This document shows positions 13,299 to 27,882 of a stretch of DNA of 64,000 nucleotides, piece after piece. How positions within the stretch are numbered: the stretch's first letter is position 1; each line of letters opens with the position of its first letter. Location of the stretch: positions 182,404,001-182,468,000 of the forward strand of contig OX597815.1 in assembly GCA_951406725.2 (NCBI GenBank). Direction: 5' to 3'. A model generated the notes under the pieces. It was given only the letters and a program-made list of their open reading frames with translations. It was not told the origin of the DNA and made no database searches. Source of the DNA: Octopus vulgaris. Its lineage: Eukaryota. A program made the translations under genes and the position numbers.

Positions 13299-13514
13299 TG
13301 TCACAACCTGGGACCTTGAAGACTGCTATAATGGAAGAAAGTATACTAGTCCCTTAATATTTTATATTCAATATTTCATCTATTCAATAAAACAATCAAT
13401 ACTGCATTTCATTTTACTATATATACTATTTATACTATATATTCTATATCTACATTAATATTATAAAGAATATAAATAAAACATAAAAAACAGAGTTAGA
13501 ATTTCTTTGAATAA
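13299..13514 (+). mobile_element. Short AT-rich element with a variant hammerhead (13310-13353)
   Basis: gggac-CTTGAAGA-ctgc-tataat-ggaa-GAAA-gtatac-TA-gtccc; highly similar inverted copy at 52550-52769. Confidence 0.75.
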
Positions 13515-13541
13515 TATATATATATATATATATGCACGTAC

Positions 13542-13572
<31 letters not shown>

Positions 13573-13628
13573 TGTATGTATGTATGTATGTATGTATGTA
13601 TGTATGTATGTATGTATGTATGTATGTA

Positions 13629-13661
<33 letters not shown>

Positions 13662-14555
13662 ATATGTATGTATGTATATTACCAACCGGTGTATGCCACA
13701 CTTAAGATGTTTTATTAGTATGTTTATGCTGGAACCGTACGCTTTTTGGGCCAAAAATGCATGTTTAGAATTTTTCAGTCTAATCTTCAGGAAAATATTA
13801 TTATTAGAATGTTTTCACTGCTATGTTGTTATTAAATTAGGCGAGCATCTTCAAATACTTGCTTCTTACTAATTTGTTATCACCGGACTTCAAATGTTTT
13901 CATCGTTGTCAAAATTATTCTTTCAGCATTAAAAGAAATGCTTTAGTTGTAGCGTCTGTTAATAGGATTTTACTAGGATGAACACAACGTACTTAGTCTT
14001 GCGTTATACTTTGCTGTTAATACGGTTACCATCGCTAATCTCATAGATTGTCTTTGTTGACATTTTTATATCACTTGTGTTCGCTATCAGTGTTTTCATA
14101 ATGTTGTTTGTGTTCTGGATTCTTGTGGTTGATGCATTATCAGTCGATGAGAAAGTGAGGTATATGTAATATTCAAAGAAACAGTTAAAAAAACATGGAG
14201 TTTACAATGTGCGTGTTTACAATTGAATTTATGCGGTGTATGGCCCCTAACAATGATATTTATCCGAACACTCATGACTGACGATAAGTCTAAGAAAAAT
14301 AATGACAGAAAATTAATGCAACTCATTAAAAAATAAGAACAAGACAGGAATTAAACTTGCTCCATTAGTATATTACAAGACCACGAAAATGTCTAATCGC
14401 TTTATCTTCAACAAACCACAAGCATCTATGACTGTGAACAAACTTTATAAAAGAAAGTAATAGATGTAACTCTAAGCATAAAAGTGGTAAACTTGTTGCT
14501 AAAATATTTCTATACATTGCATTTGAACATTCAAGTAATAATAGAGAAGTTGAAC

Positions 14556-14953
14556 AAGGCGGCGAGCTGGCAGAACCGTTAGTACGCTGGGCGAAATGCT
14601 TAGCGGTATTTCGTCTGCCGCTACGTTCTGAGTTCAAATTCTGCCGAGGTCGACTTTGCCTTTTATCCTTTCGGGGTCGATTAAATAAGTACCAGTTACG
14701 CACTGGGGTCGATATAATCGACTTAATCCGTTTGTCTGTCCTTGTTTGTCCTCTCTGTGTTTAGCCCCTTGTGGGTAGTAAAGAAATAGGTATTTCGCCT
14801 GCCGCTACGTTGTGATTTCAAATTCCGCCGAGGTCGACTTTGCCTTTCATCCTTTCGGGGCCAGTAAATTAAGTACCAGTTGCGTACTATGGTCGATCCA
14901 ATCGACTGGCCCCTTTCCCCAAAATTTCGGACCTTGTGCCTAGTGTAGAAATG
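14556..14953 (+). mobile_element. SINE family A dimer (second unit with the alternative tail)
   Basis: Intact head; TSD aata(g/t)agaagttgaac at 14540-14555 and 14954-14969. Confidence 0.92.
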
Positions 14954-16010
14954 AATATAGAAGTTGAACGAAAGGTTAGCAAAGAATTTGAAATAATGTT
15001 TTATCGTTTACTCCAGGCTTAAGAGAAATATTGTTATAGATATTTGTGCTTTTAACTTTGCGTATGTGCAGTATTCTCTTAGAACGCTACGTGACGTTTG
15101 AGGGTTTGTGCGAATATTTACATGTATTATTCAGTTATAATAACTGAAGGTATTTCATGATTGTTGTATACTCATTTATGAGTGTGAATTTTTAAAAGCT
15201 ATAACAGCATTCAGAAAGGAAAGGCTGTGTGTGAATAGGAGCGGAATGCAGCGTAAACATTTTTTTTACACTTATTTACATTAAGCATTCGGAAATGCAT
15301 GAAGTTCTTGTAGCATTTTAATGTTTCAATTCATAAGATACATTTCAATCTTACAATTAATTCCAAGAACCTGCTATTTGCGTTTTGTTTTCTTATCTGC
15401 TTCTATTATAACAGAATAATGCTTCCAATATGGGACCCAATTGTGATTAGAACTATTGTTACAATGTCACTTTAACGTGTGCTGTAATGCTGTAAACTCT
15501 GGTTAGAACGTCATATTGTCGACGCTGTTATATGTTATATAATAACTAACTGCTGGGATGTGACAATTGATCAATACGCTGATTGCTTTGTTTTGTGCTT
15601 TCTGTTACTCGGTTATTGTGCGTTCACATTACGCTGAGCTCGGCATATGTTTTCTAACTGCGTGTGTTGAAACAAAGAAATGTAAAAAAAATAGACATGA
15701 TTTTCTTTTTAACTACTCTCTTCAAAAGTCATACATTATTTAAATAAATTTGCTTGTGCGATGTTGAAGTGATTCGTGGTTATAATTGTTTCTCACAAAG
15801 AAAGAGAATGAAATGGATTATTTTGATAGCAAATGTTTTGACAACAAGTATGTATGTATACACCTAAACACGTACGTACGTACATACATACATACATACA
15901 TACATACATACATAACATACATACATACATACATAACATACATACATACATACATACATACAGACATACGTACATACTTACATACATACGTATATACATA
16001 AATACATACC

Positions 16011-16302
16011 TAGGCGAAGGAGTGGCTGTTTAGTAAGTAGCTTGCTTACCAAGAAGCCCGTTGTATATATGTATATATGTATATATATATGTATGTGTGT
16101 GTATATGTTTGTGTGTCTATGTTTGTCAACCCAGCATCGCTTGACAACCGATGCTGGAGTGTTTACGTCCCCGTAAATAGCGGTTCGGCAAAAGAGACCG
16201 ATAAAATAATTACTAGGCTTCCAAAGAATAAGCTCTGGGGTCGATTTGCTCGACCAGCATGGCCACAGTCAAATGACTGAAACAAGTAAAAGAATAAAAG
16301 AA
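16011..16302 (+). mobile_element. SINE family B copy with internal deletions
   Basis: aggcgaaggagtggctg head joined to aagaagcccg; tail cagcatggccacagtcaaatgactgaaacaagtaaaag. Confidence 0.85.
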
Positions 16303-16963
16303 TACATACGTATATGCATACATACATGCACACACATATACATACAAACATACATACATTCATACATACATACACACATACATACATACACACACACATA
16401 CATACATACATACATACACACATACATACACACATACATATATACATACATACATACACACATACATACATACATACATGCATACATACCTATATGCTTA
16501 TACAGGTGAGCGACTTAGCGGTATATCAGAGTCCGTGGCCAAGCCTATTGAAGTCCTGTATTAGCTAGGGTTTCAGTCACAAACTATAAGATTATGTGCC
16601 AATTGATACAATCTTGGTATACTATTGGCTTTAACGTTATTGATTTCCACCTCAGAAAAATGGAAAGTAATGATGCTTCATCCGTATGAATTGAATTGGC
16701 AATGAGATGTAGAACATCTGGCCTGCTTTCCAACTGTCTCTAGCATCTCATACACAGATTATTACAATATGAATAGCTGTGAATTTATGTGTTCCTTAAG
16801 ACATCCATGTTCCCCATAATTTTGAAAGAAAGTTTGTATGTTGGAAGTGTTTATGCTAAGGGTTTTGAATTAGCAGTTGTGATTTCAACTGTTATTACAC
16901 TTTCACCTGTGCTTACCTGTTGCTAATTGTCGTCACATAGTGCCGCAATATTGGTATTCAGGT

Positions 16964-17241
16964 GAAGTCGGCAACCTGGCCGAAACGTTGCATTTGAACA
17001 TTCAAGTAATAATATAGAAGTTGGACAAGACGGCGAGCTGGCAGAAACGTTAGCACGCCGGGTAAAATGCTTAGCGGTATTTCATTTGTCTTTTACGCTC
17101 TGATTTCAAATTTCGCCGAGGTTGACTTTGCCTTTCATCCTTTCGGGATCGATAAATTAAATACCAGTTTCGTACTGGGGTCGATCTAATCGACTGGCAC
17201 CCTCCCCCAAAATTTAGGGCCTTGTGCCTGGAGTAGAAAAG
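16964..17241 (+). mobile_element. SINE family A copy with a doubled head and captured flank
   Basis: TSD aatatt(g/a)gtattcaggt at 16947-16963 and 17242-17258. Confidence 0.85.
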
Positions 17242-18067
17242 AATATTAGTATTCAGGTATAACACCAACTTTTACGGACATTGATGGACGAGAACGTCCT
17301 GTAATCTGCATTAATTTACTAACACCAACTGCTAAACCCCCATCTGCCAGGTTGGTTTACTGGCACCTTGCACGGCATTCTAGTACTTAGTAAAGTACAG
17401 ATTTAATAAACTTGGATCATTTACACAAATGTTCAAGTACCTGTACTTATTTAATTATTTAAGTGAATTTAATATTTGTTTAATTTAGAGTATGTTGACT
17501 AAGGTGACCACACCTTGACTGCAAAACACATTAAACTCTTGGAATCAAAGATTCGGGTAAATCAATACTGTACTTATAAAACAGAAACACTTGGACAGGT
17601 ATTTTTGGGAAGAAGCAAACTTGACCCTAGTCCGTATTGCATCGATTCCGATATCACGAAGTGCAAATTCGACCTGTCTTAATTTTACTCACAATGTGAA
17701 ATGCGTAAATGCTTTTTGGTTACTATGGCTAATGTTGAGAAACCAATATTTATGATTACAATTTAAAACACATTATTGCTGCGAGAATTTTGATTAATTA
17801 AACTTTCCATAAATAGCGGTGCAATTTTAATACGATTTTAACGTTCAGTAATTGATATGGTAAAGAAGCCACCATATTGTCTACATTCTGCAGTAAACTG
17901 AACACCCGATGAATATTTTATCTTGAAGAGAACTCAATTTCGTTTATCGAAAATATAAACCATGACGAATCTGGATTTGTGATCCATTATAATCTCTGGC
18001 ATGAAGGACAACTTCACTGTATTTAAGCGGTTAATACACTTACTAAAGGGAGTTTCACACAATATTA

Positions 18068-18660
18068 TTTCATTATTTTGTTAAGGTTATTTATACAGTT
18101 ATTCTATAGGAATTATACCGAGCACTGATTTTTTGTTGCTGCGACGTTTCGTATCGATACGGCAGAAGTAAAACACCCGAAATATGGCATATACGCTCAT
18201 TACCCATTTTTGTCTTCGATTTCATTGTTTCTTTACATCTGGTGTCTCTATACGTTATAGCAAAAAACAATCCTTATAGTGCTGGCTATAATTTCTATGA
18301 AATATCTGTAGGGATAACCTTAATAAGTAATGCAAAATCGCACTGCTAACACAGCAGGACGAGGTGTTCACTTACAAAACGAAATACCACGTACCTACAA
18401 CTTATTAATATTTAGGTAGCAGTTCCGGGAATACGTTTAATATGTAAATTGATATATGCAATAATTTAACACCGCTGTGTTCGGATGCGAGAATAAGTTA
18501 GATGGGTGCTGGTGAATGGGGAAAATAGCCCCGAAATATGGCTTATATTCGATCGTTTATATCTGACGTTTCGATTCGAAACGTTGCAACGAAAAAATCA
18601 GTGCTGTCTTTAATTTCTATGGAATATGTGTTGAAAGAACCTGAACAAAAATAATGTAAA
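18068..18660. mobile_element. MITE-like element with about 100-bp imperfect terminal inverted repeats
   Basis: cattattttgttaaggtt...agcactgattttttgttgc...cgtttcgtatcgatacg versus cgtttcgattcgaaacg...gcaacgaaaaaatcagtgct...aacctgaacaaaataatg. Confidence 0.7.
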
Positions 18661-19688
18661 AAGCACTGCTAACACAGTAGAACACAGTATTGATTTATAA
18701 AAACATTCAATATACTTGATAGCATATCATGGTTGCCCAACAAAATACCACGTACCTACAACTCATTAATATTCTTTCAGGCCCCTACAATATTTGATGG
18801 CGTTTGAGTCAGAGAAAAGAAAAAGAAAATCGTTTTCCCATACCTGTATCAAAGTTGCATTCAAATCTGTCAAATAAGGGGGTAATCGACAGAGAAATCA
18901 AGTTTCCGTCAGTGATCCAATCCCTAATTGAAACAATTCCATTACTCTCACGTCTCCGATATCTTGCGAAATTAATAAACATCCTGACATGTAAGTTCTC
19001 TTCTCCTAAACATATAGGATTTTTATGCTAAGTCAAAACTACAACAATATCGAGCAAAACGTGAGATCCCAAAGAAATGAAATGGTTCGGTTTCGAAAGA
19101 GAGGTATATGCAATTAATTTTCATTGCGTAACTTGGACAATGAGGGATGACATGAATTCTGTAATCACTGCTTTCTTCCATCTTTCAGAATAAAGGATAT
19201 CAGTACATAATCAGATGACGTGTGGGATCGATAACCGTACTTGAAGTAACTTTCAATAAATTTGCAATATCACTGAATGCATTTATCTTCTGTCAAAAGA
19301 TTCACGTATAGCAGCTATTTAATAAAAGGTACAAAAATATATCAACAGAAAACGTACCAATGCGCTGAAGCTAAACTTTGAAGTAGAAATAAAATTTAAT
19401 AATAAACTCGAAGATTATTACGTGTGTGTGTATATTCGACCCTTTAGCGTTCACATTATTCTGTCAAAAGTAAATGCATAATTATTTATGTTTTGATTTA
19501 ATTGTTCATTATCTTGTAGCCATAAGATTTCGACGAGGTAACTGTAAGTTTCTAGGATGGTCAGTTTCAATATAAAACAGGCAGAATATTAGAAACTGAT
19601 ACGGTATGTTAAAAAAATTAAAGAGCTAACAATTACCGCAAGCACATAAACAGAGACGAACATCCAGATTCTTTCAACTTATATATAT

Positions 19689-19850
<162 letters not shown>

Positions 19851-20096
19851 CTGTCTCTTTGTCCTCCAACCATCAGTTGACATCTGATTTTGATGCCTTT
19901 ACGTCCCGTAACTTAGCGGTTCGGCAATAGTGGCCGATAGGATAAGTATTAAGCTTACAAAGAATACGTCTTTGGTTCCATTTACTTGATTAGGATGGTG
20001 CTCTTCATGCACACGCACATGAATTCACATACACACACACACATACATACATATATACATATTATTACGCATTGAAAAACAAACATACATTTATAT

Positions 20097-20186
<90 letters not shown>

Positions 20187-20472
20187 TATGTATGTACGTA
20201 TTATGTATGTATGTATGTATGTACGTATGCATGTATGTATGTATGTATGTATGTATGTATGTATGTATGTATGTATGTATGCATGTATGTATGTATGTAT
20301 GCACTCCTCTGAAATCAAGAATATGATCAGCAAGGGAAGGATGTGTGAATAGTCATCTAATAAATTGTTACTATTTCCTCTACTGTTGCAAATATGCAGT
20401 TTTGAATTTCATATACATACATACATACATACATACATACATACATACATACATACATACAGACATACATAC

Positions 20473-20548
<76 letters not shown>

Positions 20549-20606
20549 TACAGGAGCTCCCAAAACTAGACACCATAATCTCAGTGTTATCTAAACTTTA
20601 GAGATT

Positions 20607-20735
20607 ATATGTGAAGAAAAGCAGCATTTCAATGTCAATCAGTCAAAGATTTTCACTTTACTAAAATGAAGACAATATGTGAAGAAAAGCACCCAATGTC
20701 AATCAGTCAAAGATTTTCACTTTACTAAAATGAAG
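20607..20735. repeat. Tandem duplication, about 68-bp unit x2
   Basis: atatgtgaagaaaagca...caatgtcaatcagtcaaagattttcactttactaaaatgaag occurs twice. Confidence 0.9.
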
Positions 20736-21643
20736 GACAACCGAAAATAACGGAACTAATATATAAAAATCAACAAATAAGCATAACAAATATCCATTCC
20801 CATCCTCCGCTGCCAAACGAATATCGCTATTGTTTTGACACCTGGACATTATCAGTCACTCTCTTTATTCGCTGGTTAATGATGTGTCAGACTGTACAAA
20901 CCGTTACATGTTCTTATTGCCAATACTGGTGGAGCTTTCATATACAAGTGTTATTCTAACATAAAGCGGTATATTTGTGGAAACCTTGTCTCAGAATTCC
21001 TTCCTTATTCTACAAATTTAAATCTTATTGGTGGTTATTAGTCTACAAGCTTTAAATCTTTATTTGTTGTCGTTAAATGCCATGAGTGGATTGTTTATGT
21101 TCACCTCTGTTGTCAAGGTCAGTTTCACTTCCGAATCATTTAGCCTTCTGTTTCATTGATTTGAAGAAACTCCTGCTTATCTGTTATACTCTTGATGGCG
21201 GTCTTTTTCCAAAAATGCCTATTGTTCTTCACCCTTTATTGAAGGTTCTTAGTAAAAGTTTCAAAACTTGAGGATATTATTATATTCAAGAGACAGATTT
21301 CACACAATCTCCCGGTTTTTTGCCGTTGCTGTTGTAACTACCGCTGTTATTGCTGGCGATTTATATGAATTTAAGCTATAAAATTTTATTTACATGAATC
21401 TTATTTTCCGTATTTCCTGAGTTAATACCCACATCCTCCATTCTACAAACTGGATCTCACTTTACAGAGTAGCTGTTGCAATACACATATCTAGGGTTCC
21501 CGTTCCATATTAATTAGAAATAGTTTTTCTGTGATTTGGAAACAAGTAAACCGTTTGCCACACAACCAAAACTGCGCCTACTTGTATATATATACATTTA
21601 TATATATATATATATATCTGTGTGTGTGTGTACGTCTGTATAC

Positions 21644-21705
<62 letters not shown>

Positions 21706-21903
21706 TGATATAAACAGAGACACAAGAACTCACATGCACACACACACACACAAGCACACGCACACAAACAGGCACACACACACACACACACGCACATATA
21801 TGTGTATACCATTTAGTCATATATGTATGCTTTCCTAACGTACAAATAAAACAATAGCTATGATACAGAAAAATATATATGAAATAGAATATATCATGGT
21901 GTG

Positions 21904-22019
21904 AGAAGAAGAAGAAGAAGAAGAAGAAGAAGAAGAAGAAGAAGAAGAAGAAGAAGAAGAAGAAGAAGAAGAAGAAGAAGAAGAAGAAGAAGAAGGAGGA
22001 GGAAGAGGAGGAGAAGAAG
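21904..22019. repeat. (GAA)n/(GAG)n trinucleotide tract
   Basis: Direct inspection. Confidence 0.97.
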
Positions 22020-22432
22020 CGATAGTTACATTTACTCCTTTACATGCAATACATTTTTAGAACAGAGTAAAATTTTGTAAAGTTTCCGCCAAATGTGAGA
22101 AACTGAAAGTCAAAATCAAATTGTCGGACAATTTAAATGTGAACATAAAACTTTGCGTTGTTTAGTAGAATGTTGTAAAATGATCATATAATATATTCTA
22201 GAGAATTATGATATAACACAATAATGTAGTATCTAAAATTCTAATTGCACAGAGCACAATATGACTTAACATTAAATATGTCGTCATTTTGGAAAATGGG
22301 AAAAAGCGTATGAAACGACTATGCGAATATGTGATGCGTGTGTGTATTAGTTTAAATTGTATACATCCTATATACAGTATGAGATTTAAAGTATTAAATT
22401 AAGCTTTATAAAGTGACTACTATATATTATAT

Positions 22433-22787
22433 AGGAGCTCTCCGTCGGTTACGACGACGAGAGTTCCAGCTGATACGATCAACGGAACAGCTTGCTCTTG
22501 AAATTAACGTGCAAGTGGCTGAGCACTCCACAGACACGTGTAGCCTTAACGTAGTTCGCAAGGAGATTCAGCGTGACACAGAATGTGACAAGGCTGGCCC
22601 TTTTTTTTGAAATACAGGTACTACTCAATTTTACCAGCTGAGTGAACTGGAGCAACGTGAAATAAAGTATCTTGCTTAAGGACAAAACGAGTCGCCGGGA
22701 ATTGAACTCACAACCCTAACACTAACCCTAACCCTAACCTTTACGATCATGACCCGAAACCCCTAACCACTAAGCCACGCGCCCTCA
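22433..22787 (-). mobile_element. SINE family C (tRNA head and CORE-like domain)
   Basis: Minus strand: ggcgcgtggcttagtggttagg (A box) ... gagttcaattccc (B box) ... ccttaagcaagatactttatttcacgttgctccagttcactcagctgg. Confidence 0.85.
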
Positions 22788-22823
22788 TATATTGTATACT
22801 ATACGATACAATAGGTGATAGAG

Positions 22824-23103
22824 CAGTGATATCGAAAGTGGGCGATACTGTTCCTCTTTGGGTAGCGAGATCCAATAGTGAGTTGAATAAAAGTGGGGTC
22901 CATAATGGGGGTGGCCAAAAGAGGGCGATGGGTGTCAAAACGACGAAATAGGTTAATTAGGTGACGTTTTATTCATAAGACACATTTGTTTTGAATTTGA
23001 TGCAGAAAGTGTTTTATGTGAATGGTAGTGAGTGGAGGGGTCACTAGAAATGTGGTCCTGGTGCAAAGGGGGCGGCGAACTCGAAAATGCTTGGGAGCAA
23101 CTG
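22824..23103. mobile_element. hAT (Charlie-like) MITE, diverged
   Basis: Ends CAGTGATATCGAAAG and GCTTGGGAGCAACTG; imperfect 8-bp TSD tgatagag/cgatagaa. Confidence 0.6.
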
Positions 23104-23309
23104 CGATAGAATAAACTCTTTTCCTTAAAAATACCTCAATACATATACAGAAATGTCCAGTTTTTTTATTTATGCATGCTTTGCTTTTAAGAGCATATGT
23201 GGATTGCATTTATTGTGTTACACCATTAGATTATTACCCAATACTGAAACATATGTAACAGATAAAATAAAGGAGTGCCGAATTCACTCACGCCCGTATT
23301 TATTCTCCC

Positions 23310-23372
<63 letters not shown>

Positions 23373-23374
23373 AT

Positions 23375-23545
23375 TCCCCTGTCTTCCCTTCTCTGGATCT
23401 TTCCTTCTCCTATGTTTCCGACGAAGAGCTCCGCTCGAAACGTTAATCTCTCCTTCTTTCCTTCTTTCCTGAGCGTCCAATAATACTATATTTGTTCCAC
23501 GTCCTCGCGTTGTTGTGTTTTCTCTGTGTATTCATGTTTGGATTA

Positions 23546-23550
<5 letters not shown>
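23375..23550 (+). mobile_element. Short TA-flanked element with a variant hammerhead (23414-23446)
   Basis: ttt-CCGACGA-a-gagc-tcc-gctc-GAAA-cgt-T-aa; closely matches 56554-56710. Confidence 0.72.
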
Positions 23551-23583
<33 letters not shown>

Positions 23584-23598
23584 TAGATATATATATAT

Positions 23599-23735
<137 letters not shown>

Positions 23736-24079
23736 GACAGATATATAGATTCATACATACATGCATACATAAATACATACATACATAAATACATATATAC
23801 GTACGTACGTTCTTACGTATATACATACATACATACATATATCCCCAGTTCCCTTTATTAGATGTCATACAGCATACAGAGTATGTACTCTAACGGTCAT
23901 AAAGAAGAATGCAGACTTAGAAATCTTCCAATATTATTTATTACCGTATTATAATAATTAAATACCACTCCGACACGTGTTTCTGCTGGATAAACGCTAC
24001 ATATCCAGCAGAAACATGTGTCGGTTTGGAATTTAATGAGAATGATACGATAATAAATAATTTTTGATGTCTTGACTAA

Positions 24080-24117
<38 letters not shown>

Positions 24118-24183
24118 ATATATATATACACATGCATACATATATATACATACTTAACTAGTTGCATTTACATACACACATAG

Positions 24184-24252
<69 letters not shown>

Positions 24253-24771
24253 TTGTGTGTGTGTGTGTGTGGAATCCAATGTGCTTCCAGCAAAATATCT
24301 GTAGCAGCAGAACACGCCCATTTACTTTCAACTCTCACTCACGCCTACTTTCCGTTTCATCTTACAAACGGTGATATATTAAGCACCTGTTAAACCTGAA
24401 GCATGGAGATAGCTGTAGCAGAGTATTAGCTAAATAGTAATTACGTGGCATGGCAATGTAATTACTAATGTCTGAAACCACAACCAAACGCGAAATTAAG
24501 GCCCTATACCGCTTTTATAACATTTTCCCAATCCCTGGATTACACTACAAAGCCACAAGTGACTTAATAACATTAAATTTCGCAATTCTTCCAAGGTCTA
24601 TATATCTGCGCGTCTGTCTACGTATTTCAATATTTAAGCGTAGACAGAGAGGGAAATAGAGAGAGAAAGAAAGAAAGAGAGAGAGGGGTAGGGTAAAGAC
24701 ATAGGCACAGATAAATAGATAGATAGATAAATAGATACGTGACGTATTTGTATAATGAATGATACACATGG

Positions 24772-24807
<36 letters not shown>

Positions 24808-24822
24808 ATATACATACATACA

Positions 24823-25093
<271 letters not shown>

Positions 25094-25841
25094 CATATAC
25101 ATATATATATATATAAATTTTTCCCCTACGCAAATTGTATGGAAGGCACGACTGAAAGCTACTTTGATAAAAAAAGGGATTTCGTGTTTTCGCTGGAGAA
25201 ACTATGAATATATACATACGTATGACTGTGTGTGAGAGAGAAACAGAGACAGAGGAAAAATTGAGAGAGAAAGAGAAAGTGATTGTGTGTGTATGTGTGT
25301 GCATGTGTGTGCATGTGTGTGCATGTGGTGTGTGTGTGTCTGTGTGTGTGTTCATGTGCATGTGGGTAAACAGACTTTGAGGTGTTTGATATTCATGTCT
25401 TTCAGAGATTATTGGTTGCGTAGGAGTAAAGAATCTATAGCGAAGTCAAATCAATCGTAATATTACACCTCACATCATATATGGAATTATTTGCGTTTAT
25501 ACTTGTATGTGTCTGCATATTTCGATTGTTTTGCGTCATGTCTACGATATCATAACAATTCCGTGGGTGTGCCGTCGGAAACATAACCTGTTCAATACCA
25601 TCAGGAATTTATACATAGAACACATCTGCATATGATTTTTGTTAATCAAATCGACCCTGAAGCCTCCGTTTCTCTCTGTGTATTATCCCTCTATCTCTAT
25701 CTCTATGTATTCATTGATATACACACCTATCCATTCAGCTACCTACCATTTTTTATGTAGATATATTCATATTTGTAGAATGTAGATATATTTATATTAG
25801 TTATGAAAATGACACACACACACAGACCACAACACACCAAG

Positions 25842-25873
<32 letters not shown>

Positions 25874-26153
25874 CACTTATACAATACCTTCACATTTTGG
25901 CAAAGTAGAATATTTAATCATTATACGAGGATGACATTTTCATTGTTCTCAAACTTGACCTTATTTTAGGTGCCTATGTCAAGTCGACAATGATCTAATG
26001 ATTTAATCTGTGATTGTGTTTGTAATTTTCTTATCAATTTCGAGTATATTTTATTATCATTTCTACGTCAATCAGGCAAAGCTACAAAGATCCACATACA
26101 TACGGTATAAATTACTCTCATTACCGAGTCATGGCTGTATCCCGATAGTTTCC

Positions 26154-26483
26154 TATTTCTTTATTGCCCACAAGGGGCTAAAAGTAGAGGGGACACACAA
26201 GCACAGACAAAGGGATTAAGTCGATTACATCGACCCCAGTACGCAACTGGTACTTAATTTATCGACCCCGAAAGGATTAAAGGCAAAGTCGACCTTGGCG
26301 GAATTTGAACTCAGCACGTAACGGCAGACGAAATACCTATTTCTTTACTACCCACAAGGGGCTAAACACAGAAGGGACAAACAAGGACGGACAAACTGAT
26401 TAAGTCGATTATATCGTAGCGGCAGACGAAATACCGATAAGCATTTCGCCCGGCGTGCAGACGATTCTGCAAGCTCGCCGCCT
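26154..26483 (-). mobile_element. SINE family A dimer (first unit internally deleted)
   Basis: 16-bp TSD tatcccgatagtttcc at 26138-26153 and 26484-26499. Confidence 0.9.
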
Positions 26484-26715
26484 TATCCCGATAGTTTCCA
26501 AACTCCGGAAATATATTCTTGATTCCCTAAAACGTGATGAAATGCGCATTTAGAATTATTTGGAATAGCCAAATATTGTCAAGGATATGAAGAACTCGGT
26601 TCTGACGACATATATGTATATTGCATACAGCTAAATAAACGGTAAACACGTCAAATTTTATCTCAAACATCATTTAAGTAGGGAAGAATAGAAGCACATT
26701 GCAGTTGTAATATAT

Positions 26716-27072
26716 TCTCTCTTTCTCTTTTACTTGTTTCAGTCATTTGACTGCGGCCATACTGGAGCACCGCCTTTAGTCGAGCAAATCGACCCCAGGA
26801 CTTATTCTTTGTAAGCCCAGTACTTATTCTGTCGGTGTCTCTTGACCAACCGCTAAGTTACAGGGACGTAAACACATCACCATCGGTTTTCAAGCGATGT
26901 TGGGTGGGGGACATATGCACGCATACATATATAGATATACATATATGCGACGGGTTTCTTTCAGTTTCCGTCTACCAAATCCACTCACAAGGTTATATTA
27001 GAAGACACTTGCTCAAGGTGCCACGCAGTGGGAATGAACCCGGAACCCTGTGGCTGGTAAGCAAGCTACTTT
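26716..27072 (-). mobile_element. SINE family B copy
   Basis: Aligns to 58078-58533; the extreme 5' head is missing. Confidence 0.88.
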
Positions 27073-27331
27073 TTAAACCCATTACATTTCAAGAGCAGCA
27101 ATTTCTGATATCGGTTTCAAATTTTAGCACAAGACCAACAACTTCGTGGCGGGTGGGAGCGAGTAATTAGAATACATCGACCCCAGTGTCTAACTGGTAC
27201 CTATATTATCGAACCCAAATGCCGTCGTGCTACCGATTCTGCCAGCTCTCCGCCTTCAATTTCTTGTATTGACTTAGCTTGTTATTCATTAATCCTGGGC
27301 ATGCTGCAATGCTACCATTCTTCTTTATATA

Positions 27332-27422
<91 letters not shown>

Positions 27423-27882
27423 ACACATGCACAGTAAGCACACATTCGCGCACGCAAACACACATAATCAGGATTAAGATGAAGTAGAATTAAGAGAAAA
27501 CACTCCCATATGTAATCGGCTATCAGTTCACAGAGTAATTAAATGAAGGAGTACTTTAACTCATCTCTGTAAACGAAACCCCAAGATATACAAGACGTAT
27601 ATAATTCCACGAGAATTAAATAATAATGATAAATGAAGAGGCAAAAGATATATGTTCAAATGAGTTTGACTACTTAATTGTACTTCTCTATGTTAGTATA
27701 CAATTGTGTTATATAAGGTTAAGTATACGTATTGATGTAAGACGTACGTATATAATTTTGGATGATGCAATTGAAAATACTATTTGGAGAAGATTACGTA
27801 ACGGTTGTAATCATTGGAAATCATATGGAGATAATAAATATGTATTTAACTCTCATGCCACCCGATTTTACATTTATATTAT

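Noticed and set aside
13750-13795. Minus-strand CTGAAGA with a ttaga/tctaa stem
   Set aside because: GAAA is absent and stem I cannot be formed; at best a dead remnant
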